Shown: positions 27,545 through 41,271 of the stretch, in pieces
Numbering within the stretch: the stretch's first letter is position 1
Layout of the letters: each line of letters opens with the position of its first letter
Source of the DNA: Octopus vulgaris
Lineage: Eukaryota
NCBI GenBank assembly: GCA_951406725.2
Contig: OX597825.1
Span: forward strand, 32,116,001 to 32,180,000
DNA: 64,000 nt
Reading direction: 5' to 3'
Program-made: the position numbers and the translations under genes
The notes under the pieces: model-generated
The model's input: the letters and a program-made list of their open reading frames with translations, nothing else
Database searches by the model: none
Told to the model about the DNA's origin: nothing

Positions 27545-27977
27545 ATATCTTTTACTTGTTTCAGTCATTAGACTGTGGCCAGGCTGGGGCACCACCTTGA
27601 AAAATTTTTAGTCAAATGAATCGACTCCAGTGCTTTTAAAAAAAAATCTTGCACTTATTCTGTTGATCCCTTTTGCCAGACCACTAGGTTATGGGTATGT
27701 ATACACACTAACAGCAGTTGTCAATTGGTGGTGGGAAAAAAAAAACAGACACCAAAACACACACACACATAAATATATACATATATGTATGTATATATAT
27801 ATATATATATATACACGATGAGCTTCTTTCAGTTTCCTTCTACAAAATCCACTTGCAAGGCTTTGGTCAGCCTGAGGCTATAATAGAAGACACTTGTCCA
27901 AGGTAGCATGCAGTGGAACTGAACCTAAAACCATGTGGTTGGGAAACAAGCTTCTTACCACACAGCCACACCTGCAT
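27545..27977 (-). mobile_element. CORE-like tRNA SINE with internal microsatellite
   Basis: Reverse-complement homolog of 36561-36967. Confidence 0.8.
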
Positions 27978-28520
27978 TTTTATGTATATATATATATTCC
28001 CTTCATTATTTTATGTCCATTTTTGAGATTGGAATGGGTTGGACGGTTTGACTGGATTTAGTAAGACCACAGCCTCATCAGGCCCCATTGTCTGTTCTGG
28101 CATGGTTTCTACAGCTGGATGCCCATCTTAATGCCAACCACTCTGTAGAGTGTAGTGGGTACTTTTTATGTGGGACCTGCATCGGTGTTCAATTCTGTTG
28201 TGGCAGATGGGTCTTCTTGAGTGCAGCAGTGCACCAGGTATCTCAGTCATACATGTACTCACACACATACACACACATTTTATATATATATATGATATAT
28301 GGGCTCCTTTTAGTCTGGCTACTACCAAAACCACTCACACGATTTTGGCCTGTCTGGAGCCTTAGTAGAAAAATATTTACCCAAAGTTCCACATGGGGGA
28401 CTGAACTGGGTGTGTGTCTAAGAAGTTCACTTTTTCACTGCATGGTTTGTAGTTCAATCCCTCTGTGTGACACTTTGGACAAATGTTTTTCTTCTAGCCA
28501 GAAACTGAAAGGAGCTCATA

Positions 28521-28567
<47 letters not shown>

Positions 28568-29612
28568 GACATCAAACCAAGGCAGGATGAGTATTTCAAG
28601 TCATTTAAAATATCTAATTAGAGTAAGGTGAATTTGGTTGTCCTTTTTGTCTCTAATATATATCTGCTAACTTGGAAGCCTACTACAGATCCCTAGCTCC
28701 AGCCTCAGCTGTGAACTTGGAACTTAACGGATGACCAATTCTTGTACTTACACAGCATACCTATTCGTTTAGATCACCAGTGTAATAAACCTCTCATGTT
28801 TATATATATATATATATGTAAATGTGTGCATGTGAGAGAGAGTATATGTAGGTGTGTTTGAGTGTCCTTGCCTTGATATTGCATGCTGGTTGTGAAACGA
28901 ACATTGAATGACATCATGCAAGTAGCGTTGACTGTTCCCAGCATTTCATGAAAACATGTTGAGTTATTGGGGAAATATTGCTTTGCTTGGACACAGGTGA
29001 AGGTTGGTGGCAGGAAAGGCATTCAGCAGTAGAAAATCTGCCTCAACAAATTCCTCCTGACCCATGCAACCATTAAAGGTAAATGTTGAATCAATGTGTG
29101 TGTGTATGTGTGTGTGTATACATATATGGATGTATATGTATGTACACACAAACATACACATATGTATATACATACACACACACCCATGAGTATTACCTAT
29201 CCAATATTGGAAAAATATTTTTGCCACTGCGTAGAATCAGGCAATTTGTCAATTGTATAATAATTACAGTTTTACATTTTTTTTTCAAATTTCATGGTGT
29301 TTATACAAAACAATGAAACAAATATTTTAAAAAATAAAATGAAATATAATAAATTTCTCATTTGTTGAGTTGCAATAAATTATCCATAACAAAATTGTTA
29401 TTTAACCATTGATTAATTACAGATGTAACAACATTTCCTGGTATTATTCCTCATAGTGACAAAACCATTTTCGGAAAATTCAACCATTGAATGATGTATA
29501 ACACAGTGATTAGCATAGCTTGTATCTTCAGCTTGTATCATTTGTCTGTGGCTATGCTGGGGCACCACTTTGATGGGTTTGGTTGAACAAATTAACTCTA
29601 GGACTTAGTGAA

Positions 29613-29970
29613 GGCAGAGGTGTTGTTTTCAGTTGTGTTTGTTTGTTTGTTTGTTTGTCTGTGAACAAAATATCTCAAGAATCGCTGGATGGATTCAGAT
29701 GAAACTTTCAGGGATGTTTGGCTTCATGACTGGCATGAACTGATTAGATTTTGGGATTGATCCAGTTCTGGAGAAGGATTCTGGATTATTTTTTCCTGTT
29801 ATTTTTTTTTTATTTTTGAGAGCGGTCAGGTTCATTTTCAGTATTCTCATTTGTGAGAGCAGTCAAGTTTATTTCAGATATTCTCATTTTAAAACTCATC
29901 TCTGGTTAATTGTTGAGAAGATGTTGGTGTTGCCTTAGTGGAGGTTTGCGCTCTCTGAGTGCTCTTGTTT
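29613..29970 (+). mobile_element. Non-autonomous Helentron-type element (HINE/DINE-1-like)
   Basis: 5' GGCAGAGGTGTTGTTTTC, (GTTT)n, core GATGGATTCAGATGAAACTT. 3' GTGGAGGT plus hairpin GCGCTCTCTGAGTGC and CTTGTTT. Confidence 0.7.
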
Positions 29971-30111
29971 CATTTTATTATTTTTTTTTAGTGTGTTATT
30001 TTTTTGTATTAGTTTCTTATGCTGAATTGCTAAATTATGGGGACATAAACAAACAAATACCAGTTATCAAGTGGCGGTGGGGCACATAAACACATACACA
30101 CATGCCTGTGT

Positions 30112-30144
<33 letters not shown>

Positions 30145-30345
30145 GTTAATCCCAAAAATATAGAAGAAAAGACACAACAAGAAAAAACAACAATGCGAGG
30201 ATATGGCACTTGCGAAGTATTAAAAGATGCTCACGGAAGGAAAGAAAGGGTGTTTTATGTTTCAAGCAAAGCTCTTCTTCAGAAACAGGAGACAGAGGAA
30301 AGTCCAAGAGAAAAGGAAGACAGGGGTAAAAAAATCAGTAACAAT
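30145..30345 (-). mobile_element. Hammerhead-bearing Penelope-like mini-element inserted in the (TA)n of a SINE
   Basis: Minus strand TGTTT-CTGAAGA-A-GAGC-TTT-GCTT-GAAAC-ATA-AAACA (30251-30287). Ends TTAAC|TATA. Confidence 0.65.
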
Positions 30346-30841
30346 CCACAGTTAGTTAAATGAGGCTGTTGCAGAAGATACGGACCTAAGGTGTGACACT
30401 GTGGGACTGAACTCAGAACCATGTGACTGGGAAGCAAACTTCTGACCTGACAGTCATGCCTGTGCCTATGAACCTTTTCTTTTTGACAAAGATTACACAA
30501 CAGGTCTGGAAGTCCAGACATGTTTTTGCTATGAATTGCAAGCAGATGTCACTGTTGTTGTTTACAACTAGTGAACACACAGTAAGATGAGGAAAAAATA
30601 CAAACTCATTCACACAAACACATACATACATATACATACATATTCATACTGTATTTTTGGCATGTAGTGCAAAAATTCAAATATTGTTATTATTTTACCA
30701 AATTCTGCTGCTTTTCATGTGGAAATTTTGGTCCTTCAAAGTTGTCTTCATGTATTAGTTGACCTTCCACTTTTGGTTGTAAATTTGGGCCTGAAAAATT
30801 TAACATTTGCTGTAAAACACAGTATATACCTCTATCTGTCT

Positions 30842-30882
<41 letters not shown>

Positions 30883-31464
30883 CTCCCTCCCTGCCTATCG
30901 ATCTATGTAGGCTTCTGTCAGTTGCTGTCTACCAGATCCACTCAAGGACAAGGTTTTGGTTGACCTGAGTATGCAGTAGAAGATATTTGCTCAAAGAGTT
31001 TGGGAATTGAACTTCTTAACTACAGTCACTGTGTGCCTATATCTGTATGACATATTGAAGCAATCTCCCTTCGTATATGTAGGGAGAGAGAGTATGGTAT
31101 GTGAGTGTGTGAGAGACAGAGATGGAGAAAGAGAGAGAGAAATGTCTCCAGGGTTTCTGTATTTCTCATCATGTACATATTTATCCATCATCATCATCAT
31201 TGTTATTGTCATCGTTGTTGTCATCGTCATCATCATCATCATTGTCATCATCATCACCATCATTAAATGTGCATTTTCTGTTGCTGTCATGGGTTGGACA
31301 TTATCATATATATTTCTTTATTTTTGTTTAGGTTTTCAAAAGGAATGTTTTGTGTTTTTCTTTGGCAGAGTCATTTGGGCCTTTGCCATCTGAATTCTTG
31401 GTTGGTGAATTGAACCCATCACCCAACTGAACCCCATAGCATTCAGATTACTCTTTGAAAAAAT

Positions 31465-31795
31465 GTGAAGGAACACTCCGTCGGTTATGACGACGAGGGT
31501 CCCAGCTGATATGATCAACGGAATAGCTTGCTCGTGAGATTAATGTGCAAGTGGCTGAGCATCCCACAGACATGTGTACCCTTAATGTAGTTCACAAGGA
31601 GATTCAGCATGACACAGAGTGTGACAAGGCTGGCCCTTTTTGAAATACAGGTACTACTCATTTTTGCCAGGTGAGTGGATTGAAGCAACATGAAATAAAG
31701 TGTCTTGCTCAAGGACACAATGCATCACTGAGAATCGAACTCACAACCTTATGATCATGGGCTGAATGCCCTAACCATTAAGCCACGCACCCTCA
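31465..31795 (-). mobile_element. tRNA-derived SINE
   Basis: Minus head GCGTGGCTTAATGGTTAGGGCATTCAG...GTGAGTTCGATTC, then GTGTCCTTGAGCAAGACACTT. Confidence 0.8.
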
Positions 31796-33179
31796 CTTCT
31801 TTAAAATGTAATCTTTATTTATTCATACTGTTTTCTGTTACTTATACATTATCTCGTAGCTATGAAACTTTGATGATGTGATTGTTTTTTTTAGAATGAC
31901 ATTGTGGGATAGGTGTGACAGGCTGGATCTGGTTGGTTTGAACATAAAAATGGAAAAAAATATTTTTGGTTGGAGTTAGCTGGTTTAAGCAATAAAGGAT
32001 TCAATAGTCTCCACTTTGTCTTTGGGTGCATTTAGCAGATTTCGTTCTGTTGCAAGTATTTGGGTCAATACTTTGGTTTGAGGATAAGTTCCTCTCTTTC
32101 TTCTATGAGTCTTGGCAGCAATGAAAAAAGAAAAAAAGAAAAAAGGAAAATTGCCTTTCACTTTCTGATTAAGCAACTGACCCATTTACTGTGGAAAGCA
32201 GATATATCCACTCAGAATTTCCTTACCTTTAATTGCAGGAAGCAATTTTCTATACCAATCTATCTTTTGTTGAGAAATGTCCTGTTTGAAACTATTATCT
32301 GTTAAAATATCTTTTCCTTTTCTTTTTATTTTACTTGTTTCAGTCGTTAGACTGTGGCCAACCTGGGGCACCACCTTGAGGAATTTTAGTTAAATGAATC
32401 AACCACAGTATTTACACTTTCTAAGCCTGGTATTTTTTCTAGCTGTCTGTTTGCTGAGCTGCTAAGTTACAGGGATGTAAGCAAACTAACACCAGTTGTC
32501 AGACAGTGGTGGGGGACAAGCACAGGCACAAAGACACACAGACACACATACGACAGGCTTCTTTCAGTTTCCATCTACTAAATCCATTCACAAGGCTTTG
32601 GTTGGCTTGAGGCTCTAGTAGAAGACACTTGCTCAAGGTGTCCCACTGCAGGTCAGAACCCAGAACCATGTGGTTGAGAAACAAACTTCTTACTACATAG
32701 CCACACCTGAGGCAACTTGACTTGCTGAAAATACCGATTCTATTTTATGGTAGATATTTACCATTATTACTGGAATAACCTGGGCTTTCAATTTAACAGT
32801 TAAAGGGTCACAGAAAAGTTGTCAGATTTGACTGAGTTCCACACTGAATGCCTATTGAATTTGCTTCCAGTTCTCTGAGTTCAAGTCTTATTAAGTTTAT
32901 TTTTGTCTTTTGCTGTTGATGGATGAAATAAGTACCAGTCATACGTTAGGTTGCAAACTAAGTTTACTTGCATCTCTACAAAACTCCTGGCTTTGTACTA
33001 ATATAGTTATTTTGGGTTGTATTTTTGCTGCTGTTTTTGTTGTGTTTGAAATGCTTTCTGCTTGATCTGTTTCCATATTTCTGTCAGTGATGTTACCAGC
33101 AGAATTAAAGGTTCAGGAAGGCAGTAGATTGAACTCTGTGAGAATTCCAGAGAGAGAGAGCTAGAGAAAGAGGGAGAGA

Positions 33180-33220
<41 letters not shown>

Positions 33221-33532
33221 AGAGAAAGAGGTGGGGAAGTGGAGTTTGAGGCTATGTTAACAAATTTAGTATTTAGCAATTTGATTAATTTTTTTTTCTG
33301 TTTCATGTTAAGCTTCCTCCCTAAACATTTATGAAACAGATTGATTGAAAGACCACAACAAATTAATAGGATTTAACCTTTCAAAATTGAATGAAAAGGT
33401 AAAACAAAAGAAAATAATTGTTGCTAGTTAGTAAGATATTTACTTAAAGAATGAACTCCACAACGCATTAGTTGACTGCTGTACTCTCTCACACACACAC
33501 AAACACATACACACATATATCAACATATATAA

Positions 33533-33590
<58 letters not shown>

Positions 33591-34444
33591 CAACATATAT
33601 AAATATATATAAACATATATATCCTTATATGTGTGTGTGTGTGTGTGTAATCTTTTCTTAATTATTTTAATCTTTAAAATTCCAGCTTCCTCTATTTGGT
33701 ATGTCTTCCAAATCTGTTTGTCATATTGATTTTAATCCCAAACAATATTTCCTCCATTAATGCTATCCCTTTCAGTTAATCTTTTCAATCTTGTGATTTG
33801 TTGTATTTAATTTGATTTAATTTAATTCAATTTTATGTTTTTTTTTACATATCCAGTTATTTCCTTTCTTTGTTTTGTTGTTTTGTTTTTGATTTTGGAA
33901 TTCCATTTTGCACCACTGCCACCACCTCTACCATGAAATACTTACCTCTTCCTTCTTCTCTCCCCCGCCACCATCACGGGCACTAAGAACTCAATATTTC
34001 TGTTTACATACAAGACTTGTGTAGTTTGATGTGAAGAAGGAAAAACCTGAAACAATAGATGTAATCACTGCAGGGACAGAAAGTTTGCTGATTTTCTTTT
34101 ATTTTTTTTTTAGTTTTTTTTTTATGTCTTTTTTTTTAACCAACTGGTTATGATGAGATTAGAGATTGGTCTGCAGAACGAGCAATAAAATAAAACAAAA
34201 CAGAACTGGAACCACAAAGTATAAGAACAAAAAGCAAGCCAAACAGACAAAACTAGGAAAGGAAAAATCAAAGTACAAAAAAAAAAAAAAATATGAGGAT
34301 GATTATAATGACAGTGATGATGGTGATGATGATGATAATGGTGATATTGGAGATACCTCACTGATGCTGAAGACATCTTCAAGAAAGATTAGTCCAATAT
34401 TCTTTTCTTGTTTTTCCTCTTCTTAATTTGCAAGCATAATAATA

Positions 34445-34488
<44 letters not shown>

Positions 34489-34496
34489 TGATAATG

Positions 34497-34536
<40 letters not shown>

Positions 34537-34608
34537 TAATAATAATAATAATAATAAAATGATAATAATTATAATAATGATGATGATAATAATAATAATA
34601 ATAATATC

Positions 34609-34663
<55 letters not shown>

Positions 34664-35601
34664 ATAATAATAATAATTTAGTTCAGTCTTGAGAATTTTT
34701 ATTCATTTCCTGTCACAGTGTGTTTATGCTACTTTATGAGAATTAAAACTATATTGATTTATTGATCTTACTATTTTTGAGATAATTTATCAATGCAACT
34801 TGTTCTCTTGATTAATATATCGGTGGCTTCGGTTAATTAAGTTAGCCATTTCTATTGTCCCGATTGGTTTATTGATCGCATGATTGGTTTGTTACTATTG
34901 CATCACTAAACTGCCTGACTATCACATCGCTAACCTACTATCTCCATGTGTAAACTGTACCTTTCTATCACTTTGACTATAGTGCCAGTTAGTGCCTATA
35001 GCATCACTAACCTACTCTCTCTGCAAATATGCTGTGCATCTCTGTCACTTCAATGTTGTGCCTTCAAATACATCTCTCATCTGCTCTCTCTCCATGAATA
35101 AACTCTTCCTTTGTAATTGTGCCTTCTACGACATCCCTGCTCCTAGCTACTGTCATGTGACTAAATAATCATGTCACTGAAATAGCTGTTATCACATGAT
35201 TAACATGCTTGCTGTCATGTGACTAGTATCATGTGATTAAACTATATGAAGTCACATGACTGAAATAGGCACTATCACATGACAGTGCGCTGTGTGGGAA
35301 CCAGAATAGACCCAGCATTTCCTCTGCATGTCATGAACATTGACTAAAAGAGGTTAAGGCAGGATTTGCACTTTGACCTTGTAAAAACCCTCACCAGTAA
35401 CAACTACCCAAAACAGACCAATGGGTTGGAGAGTTGTCACCTGAGAGGTGCAAAGGTATCATCCATCTGCCAGGAGAGAATCACCAATAACTAGTGGATG
35501 CAGCAACATGCTGTGACAGCACATCCTCCTCCTCCCCTCCTCCTCCCACTCCTCCTCCCCTCCTCCTCCCACTCCTCCTCCTCCTCCACCACCACCACCA
35601 C

Positions 35602-35656
<55 letters not shown>

Positions 35657-35968
35657 AGGACAAAAACTACAGGACACTATGTATTGTAATATTCGGTCAT
35701 CCCATAAATAATGCAGTTTTTTCAATTGCATGAGCTAAAAGTTGGAGGGGCATGGGATAAACTACCTGCATCAACTTGCTATAAAAGCAGCTAATAATTT
35801 TACCTTGGTCTTAGTGCAAGTTTTGAAAAGTGCAGTTCAATTTTAGCAATTATTTTTTCAAAGCTTTAATGGAAATGACAAAAGAGCATACTCGGCATGT
35901 TTTGCTTTATGAGTTCAATAAAGGCAACAATGCGATGGAAAGTATGAAGTATATTAATGCAGTATATA

Positions 35969-36135
35969 CACTCTCGGAGTGGTTGGCATTAGGAAGGGCA
36001 TCAAACTGTAGAAACTCTGTCAGATCAAGATTAAAGCCTGGTGCAGCCTCTGGCTCACCAGTCCTCAGTCAAACCGTCCAACCCATGCCAGCATGGAAAG
36101 TGGACGTTAAACAATGATGATGATGATGATGATGA
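35969..36135 (+). mobile_element. RTE LINE 3' tail nested in mariner
   Basis: CTCTCGGAGTGGTTGGCATTAGG...GGACGTTAAACAATGATGATG interrupts the transposase. Confidence 0.85.
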
Positions 36136-36560
36136 TAGGGATTGGACAATAAGCATAAGCCAGTATCAATTCTGAGCCGGAAACTACAGCCTAGAAAACG
36201 AACCTCATCCTGGAAGATCTGTAGAGCTCAATGAGGATGTCCTGCAAACCTTGGTGGAACAAAATCCCATTATGACTGTTGAGGAACTATTAGAGAAGCT
36301 TGGATTTGGTCATTCAATCATTTATTGACACCTGTGCTAGAAGAGAAATGACTGTCCTTGGTTTCAAGATGAAAGGTTTTCTTCCATGAAGATAAGGCTC
36401 GGCCACATTCAGCGAGGATGACATTCCAAAGGATGGAGTAGTTTGAATGGAAAACGATGCCCCCCACCACCTACTATATTCGCCAGACATTGCTTCATCG
36501 GATTATCATTTATTCCACAGCCTTCAAAATCATTTGGAGGGAAAAAATATGACTTCTGTA

Positions 36561-36967
36561 GGTGCAGGAGTGGCTGTGTGGTTAGCAGCTTGCTTACCAG
36601 CCACATGGTTCCGGGTTCAGTATCACTGCGTGGCACCTTGGGTAAGTGTCTTCTACTATAGCCTTGGGCTGACCAAAGCCTTGTGAGTGGATTTGGTAGA
36701 CGGAAACTGAAAGAAGCCCATCGTATATATGTATATATATATGTATGTGTGTATATGTTTGTGTGTCTGTGTTTGTCCCCCCAACATCGCTTGACAATCG
36801 ATGCTGGTGTGTTTACGTCCCCATATCTTAGCAGTTCAGCAAAAGAGATGATAGTATAAGTACTAGGCTTCCAAAGAATAAGTCCTAGAGTTGATTTGCT
36901 CGACTAAAGGCGGTGCTCCAGCATGGCCACAGTCAAATGACTGAAATAAGTAAACGAGTAAAAGAGA
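36561..36967 (+). mobile_element. Full-length CORE-like tRNA SINE nested in mariner
   Basis: GGTGCAGGAGTGGCTGTGTGG...GGTTCCGGGTTCAG (B box), CORE-like ACCTTGGGTAAGTG, internal (TA/TG)n, AAAAGAG tail. Confidence 0.88.
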
Positions 36968-37323
36968 GGTCAGAACAATACAGGGCGAGTATTTTCCATT
37001 ACAGGTAAATGAATTTTGGAAGCGGGGCCTTGCAAGTCTACTAAATGGATGGAAGAGCATTGTAGAAAATGAAGGAGAGTATATTTTAGATTAAAAAAGA
37101 ACTTTGTTTATCTTAATTTTGAAAAATAATAAAAAGTATGATAAAACTGCATTATTTATGGAATGACCCAATACATACTGTCACATAACTGAAATAGCTA
37201 AATATAGTTACAATCATTTTACTGAAGTAAATATACATCATTTGAGTTTTGCCACCCTGCTGTTTGTGCAACAACACCATCATCACCACTGTCACCACCA
37301 GCACCAGCACCAGCACCACCAGC

Positions 37324-37355
<32 letters not shown>

Positions 37356-38479
37356 CACCGTCACATAAAAACTAGTTGCCTTCTCCAGATCCACAGATGG
37401 AGTTGAGAAATCAGTGCCCTAAGGTTCTACCATTAACTGAAATTCAATTTCATGGTTATTCCAGTAATGATGTTAAATATCTACCATAAAAAAAAAAAAA
37501 ATGGAATTGGTATTTCCTGTGAATCATGTTGTGGCAATAAACTTGACATATCTCAACAAAAATAGTTTAAACATGACATTCCTAAACCAACGATTGATTG
37601 CTCCATAAAATTGCTTCCTGCGGTTAAGGGTAATGAAATTTTGAGCGAATATATTTGCCTTTTGCAGTAAAAAGGTTAATGAGCCAACTCTCAGTTACAT
37701 AACGTTGCTGCTGATAATGTTTAGAATGGTTTGTTGTTCCTACTCTATGGTTCCTATTTACAGCCAAATTGATCGATCTCTTTGAGAGATGTCTTGGTCA
37801 TGGACCACAATATAGTGTCAGGGATACACTGCAGTTGTGTCCATTTTCAACTGTTCGTCCAAAACCCTATTGACTAGACTACCTATTTTCATTCTGAAAG
37901 TATCTTAGTCGATATCATAAGATCTGGTCAGTTTAAGCATAAAGCAGGTAGAATATTTAGCCAGGATCTGGCCATCTTGAATGCTGAAATGTCAAAAGCA
38001 CCCAAGGTACCAGGTGATGGAATTAAACTGGGTAATGAATTAAAATCTATCTCTCAAACAGCTCATGGTGGGATTTGAACTTATAATACAAAAATCTGGA
38101 TCAAACATTGCAAGGTATCTGGTCTGACAGTCTTCTAGATTCATTAATCTCCTATCCTGGAGTGTTATATATAGCTCCAGATGGATGAAAGACAGAGTTG
38201 ACCTTGATGAAATTTCACCTTGGAATAAAATATTACAAAGTATTTCATGAACTGATCTAACAAATCCACCAGCACAGGGCCCAGTCCTTGTTGTGATGTG
38301 GTGGCTTGTATGCCTCCATGAACCTGATGGAGAGCAAGCTCCTTGTAGGGCCTTCCTTGCTGGGCAAGTCAAAAGATAGGGGCCAAACTGAAATTGACCA
38401 CCCCTTCTCAGAAGTAAAAACAGGTTTGCATCAGGCCAACAACTCCTTCTTAGAAAAAAAGAAAAAGCAAAGTTATAGA

Positions 38480-38790
38480 GGCATTCATGACAATTCCAAA
38501 CCTAACAAAACTTGGAAGAGAAAGGCCTTCCTTTATGGGAAACATGACACAGAACAGTGAAATTAAGGAAACCAACATCCAGAATTATACATCAGGTCCT
38601 GACCTCCAACACACAATGGAAGTGAAAGGGTTAGCCTGCCTTAAAAGTAGCTGGGGTGGGATATTGAGGTAGGGAGAGAAAAGCAATGGTCTAATTGGAA
38701 AGAAGCAAAAAAGACAAAACCAGAGTTGACTAGAGAAAAAACCATCAATGGCTTATGCTCCATAGGGTGCAATGGGCTTAATTAATTGAA
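38480..38790 (+). mobile_element. RTE-type LINE 3' end remnant (distinct family)
   Basis: Degenerate translation ...PKSSW...NWKEAK...INGLCS. Ends CTTATGCTCCATAGGGTGCAATGGGCTTAATTAA. Confidence 0.45.
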
Positions 38791-39586
38791 GAACTAACAA
38801 ATCTTTGTAGAAGCCCTTCAAAACAGAACGGGCCAACAGCGCTGGTGTTGCTCTTGAATGTTTTTAAGTTGGTGGCTGTAGAAGAAATATATAGGCAGGG
38901 AGAGAATTCTAGATGGTTATGGTTCTGGGAAAGAAGAACTGGGTTTAGTGGTTATTTTAGGGCTCATGTGGAGTTGGTACAAGACCAGTTAACTCCAAAG
39001 GTACAGAAGCCACTGTAATAGCAAAAAAAAAAAATAAAAAAGTAAAGAGAGGAAACATGTCAGAGTGACGTAAAAACTGAGACTGGAATGTGTTGGTGAG
39101 CAATATTCATTGCCAATTAGTTGAGTAACCAAATTTCTAGATGCAGCCTCTAATGTCTTTTATGTAAAGCAGCAGCAACAAAACAACAACAGCAGCAGCA
39201 GTAGCAGCAACAGCAGCAGCCCCTTCATAGGTGTAGAAATAACCCAACACCTCAAATGTTTGCTATTGCTTGACTGCAATGCTACATGACTGAGGTAACA
39301 ACTATAAAGGCTTTGTGTTGATGGATATTGGATTCAGGGATGGCCACAATGATCACAAGATGGATGGCATTGACACACACAAGGCATAGACAGATACAAT
39401 ATTTGGGCAAAAGAAACAAGTGCTTCTAGTTTAAATAGATTTCTCATGCAAATATGTCATCCAATAAATTAAATAGTCCTCTGTTATTTATCCAGATTAT
39501 CTGGCAATTTATTAATGCAAAATCTCTTCATATAATGCTTATATACCTCCCCCCATCATTTTATGTCTACTTTCTATGCTGACAGT

Positions 39587-39840
39587 GGAGGCACGTGGCC
39601 TAGTGTTTAGGGTGTCAACATCATGATCGTAAGATTGTGGTTTCGATTCCTGGACCGGGCAACACATTGTTTTCTTGAGCAAAACACTTCATTTCATGTT
39701 GCTCCAGTCCACTCAGCTGGCAAAAATGAGTAACGTTGTGATGGACTGGTGTCCCATCCAGCTAGGAAACACATATGCCATTAAAACTGGGAAACCGGGC
39801 CTATGAGCCTGGCTAGGCTTTAAAAGGGCACATTTATTTA
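39587..39840 (+). mobile_element. tRNA-derived SINE
   Basis: GGAGGCACGTGGCCTAGTG...GGTTTCGATTCC. Close homolog at 52301-52555. Confidence 0.85.
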
Positions 39841-40674
39841 TTTTTATTTTCTATGCTGGCATAGGTTGGACAGTTTGGGCAGCAACTGGTGAGCCAGACA
39901 ACTACACCAAGCTCTACTGTCTGGTTTGACTTGGTTTCTATGGCTGGATGTCTTTCCTAACACCAATCTGTTCACAGACTGTACTGGGTATTTTTTAAGT
40001 GGCACCAGCACCAAATGTTTCCTAAATATAGTAGAGTGTTAAATTCTTGCCTATTTATTCTGAATGTATGAGATGCAGTAACTGTAAGCTTTACTTGCAG
40101 GATCTACTGAATGCCTGGGTATGAGTTTAAAACCATTCTAAGATAGCGACAGTATCATGTCTCCTGAGCAATAAATACAGTTCTGTTTGTTTGTCTCATT
40201 CTTAGTCTGTCTGGCTGACGAAACAGATTCCATTAATTAGTCCTAGGGAAAAAATCTGACTGAAAATGCAAGTGTTTTAAAAGGAAATCAAACATTCCAT
40301 TCAAATGAGCATTTAAAATGAATGACAAAATAGAAAATTAAAATAAAGAATAGGATATGAATTTTGTGTCCCCCAACCATGTTATTAATTAAAATATACA
40401 TTTTTTATTCTTAATGCTTGTTTGTTGCATCATATTTAATGGTGAGAGAAATTTGAGAAGTTCCTTTACTATGATGTTTCTCTGCCTAAGAGATGTCCTT
40501 TATTCATCGAACAAGGAGTTGGAGGTAATTTAGGACATGTAAACAATATCACTTTAAAACTTGAAGTAATTAATTTTTGATACCTGGGGTTATACAAATA
40601 TTGTAACTATAAAATTGAAACAGGAAATTATAAATTTGTTAATTAGAGAAAAATAGTTTTACCTTGATTGGACA

Positions 40675-40885
40675 ATCTGGAGATTGTAAAAGATGTCATT
40701 TTTATGAGGAAACCTCTTGGCATCAAGCAGTTTGTCTGTCTAAATGAAGGACAGATTGTGTGCAGCTTGTGTGTGGAAAGGGTGATGCTGCATGGCAGCA
40801 AGACATGTGCATTGAATGCAGAAAATGTGCAAAGGGTGGAAAGAAATAAGACAGACATGTTCTGTTGAAAGTCTAATGTACACAT
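40675..40885 (+). mobile_element. RTE LINE RT/thumb fragment
   Basis: VMLHGSKTCALNAENVQRVERN is homologous to MLHDSETWALTAEDIRRHERN at 45523. Confidence 0.7.
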
Positions 40886-40930
40886 GATGTAGAATTATTT
40901 ACCTGTCTATCTCCCTCTATATTATACTAT

Positions 40931-41271
40931 ACTAGCACTATGACCCAGCAACGCATATACAGCTGTGTGCGTGTGCACATACATGTGAGTACTGTCCAAA
41001 TCTCTGACCAATCACATACAGCTAGCTTGTATTCAATTGGCGTATCAAGTTTTGGGCATTTTGATTGGGTTTCAGATAGAAAATTCACAAAAATGTCACT
41101 TCTAGTGATTTTTAATAGCTTTGCGGGGTGACTGGGGAAATGTAAAGATGTGCACGACCACCCTTGGACGGTTTTGAATGACCATAGAAAGTGCGAGCCC
41201 TCTAACTGAAAAATTGTGGATTTGTATAAAGGACACACACACAGACATTTCGCCATTTATATATATAGAGA
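40931..41271 (-). mobile_element. Short non-autonomous Helitron
   Basis: Minus 5' end TC...TATATATAAATGGCGAAATGTCTGTGTGTG. Minus 3' end ...GCGTTGCTGGGTCATAGTGCTAG|T. Confidence 0.75.

Larger units (their letters stand above)
35692..37171 (+). mobile_element. mariner-like transposon, internally deleted, with nested RTE tail and SINE
   Basis: TIRs: TTCGGTCATCCCATAAATAATGCAGTTTT versus reverse complement TTGGGTCATTCCATAAATAATGCAGTTTT, with TA TSDs. Fragments MEMTKEHTRHVLLYEFNKG and YSPDIASSDYHLFHSLQNHL. Confidence 0.93.

Noticed and set aside
39587-39670. tRNA genes at SINE heads (also 17400-17488, 36561, 46817, 52301)
   Set aside because: A/B boxes are present, but there is no intact cloverleaf and each continues into a SINE body, several with TSDs.
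40101-40118. 18-nt micro-exon DLLNAW (also candidates at ~34025 and ~57646)
   Set aside because: Phases or splice sites do not fit a consistent chain, so these are likely chance AG..GT pairs.
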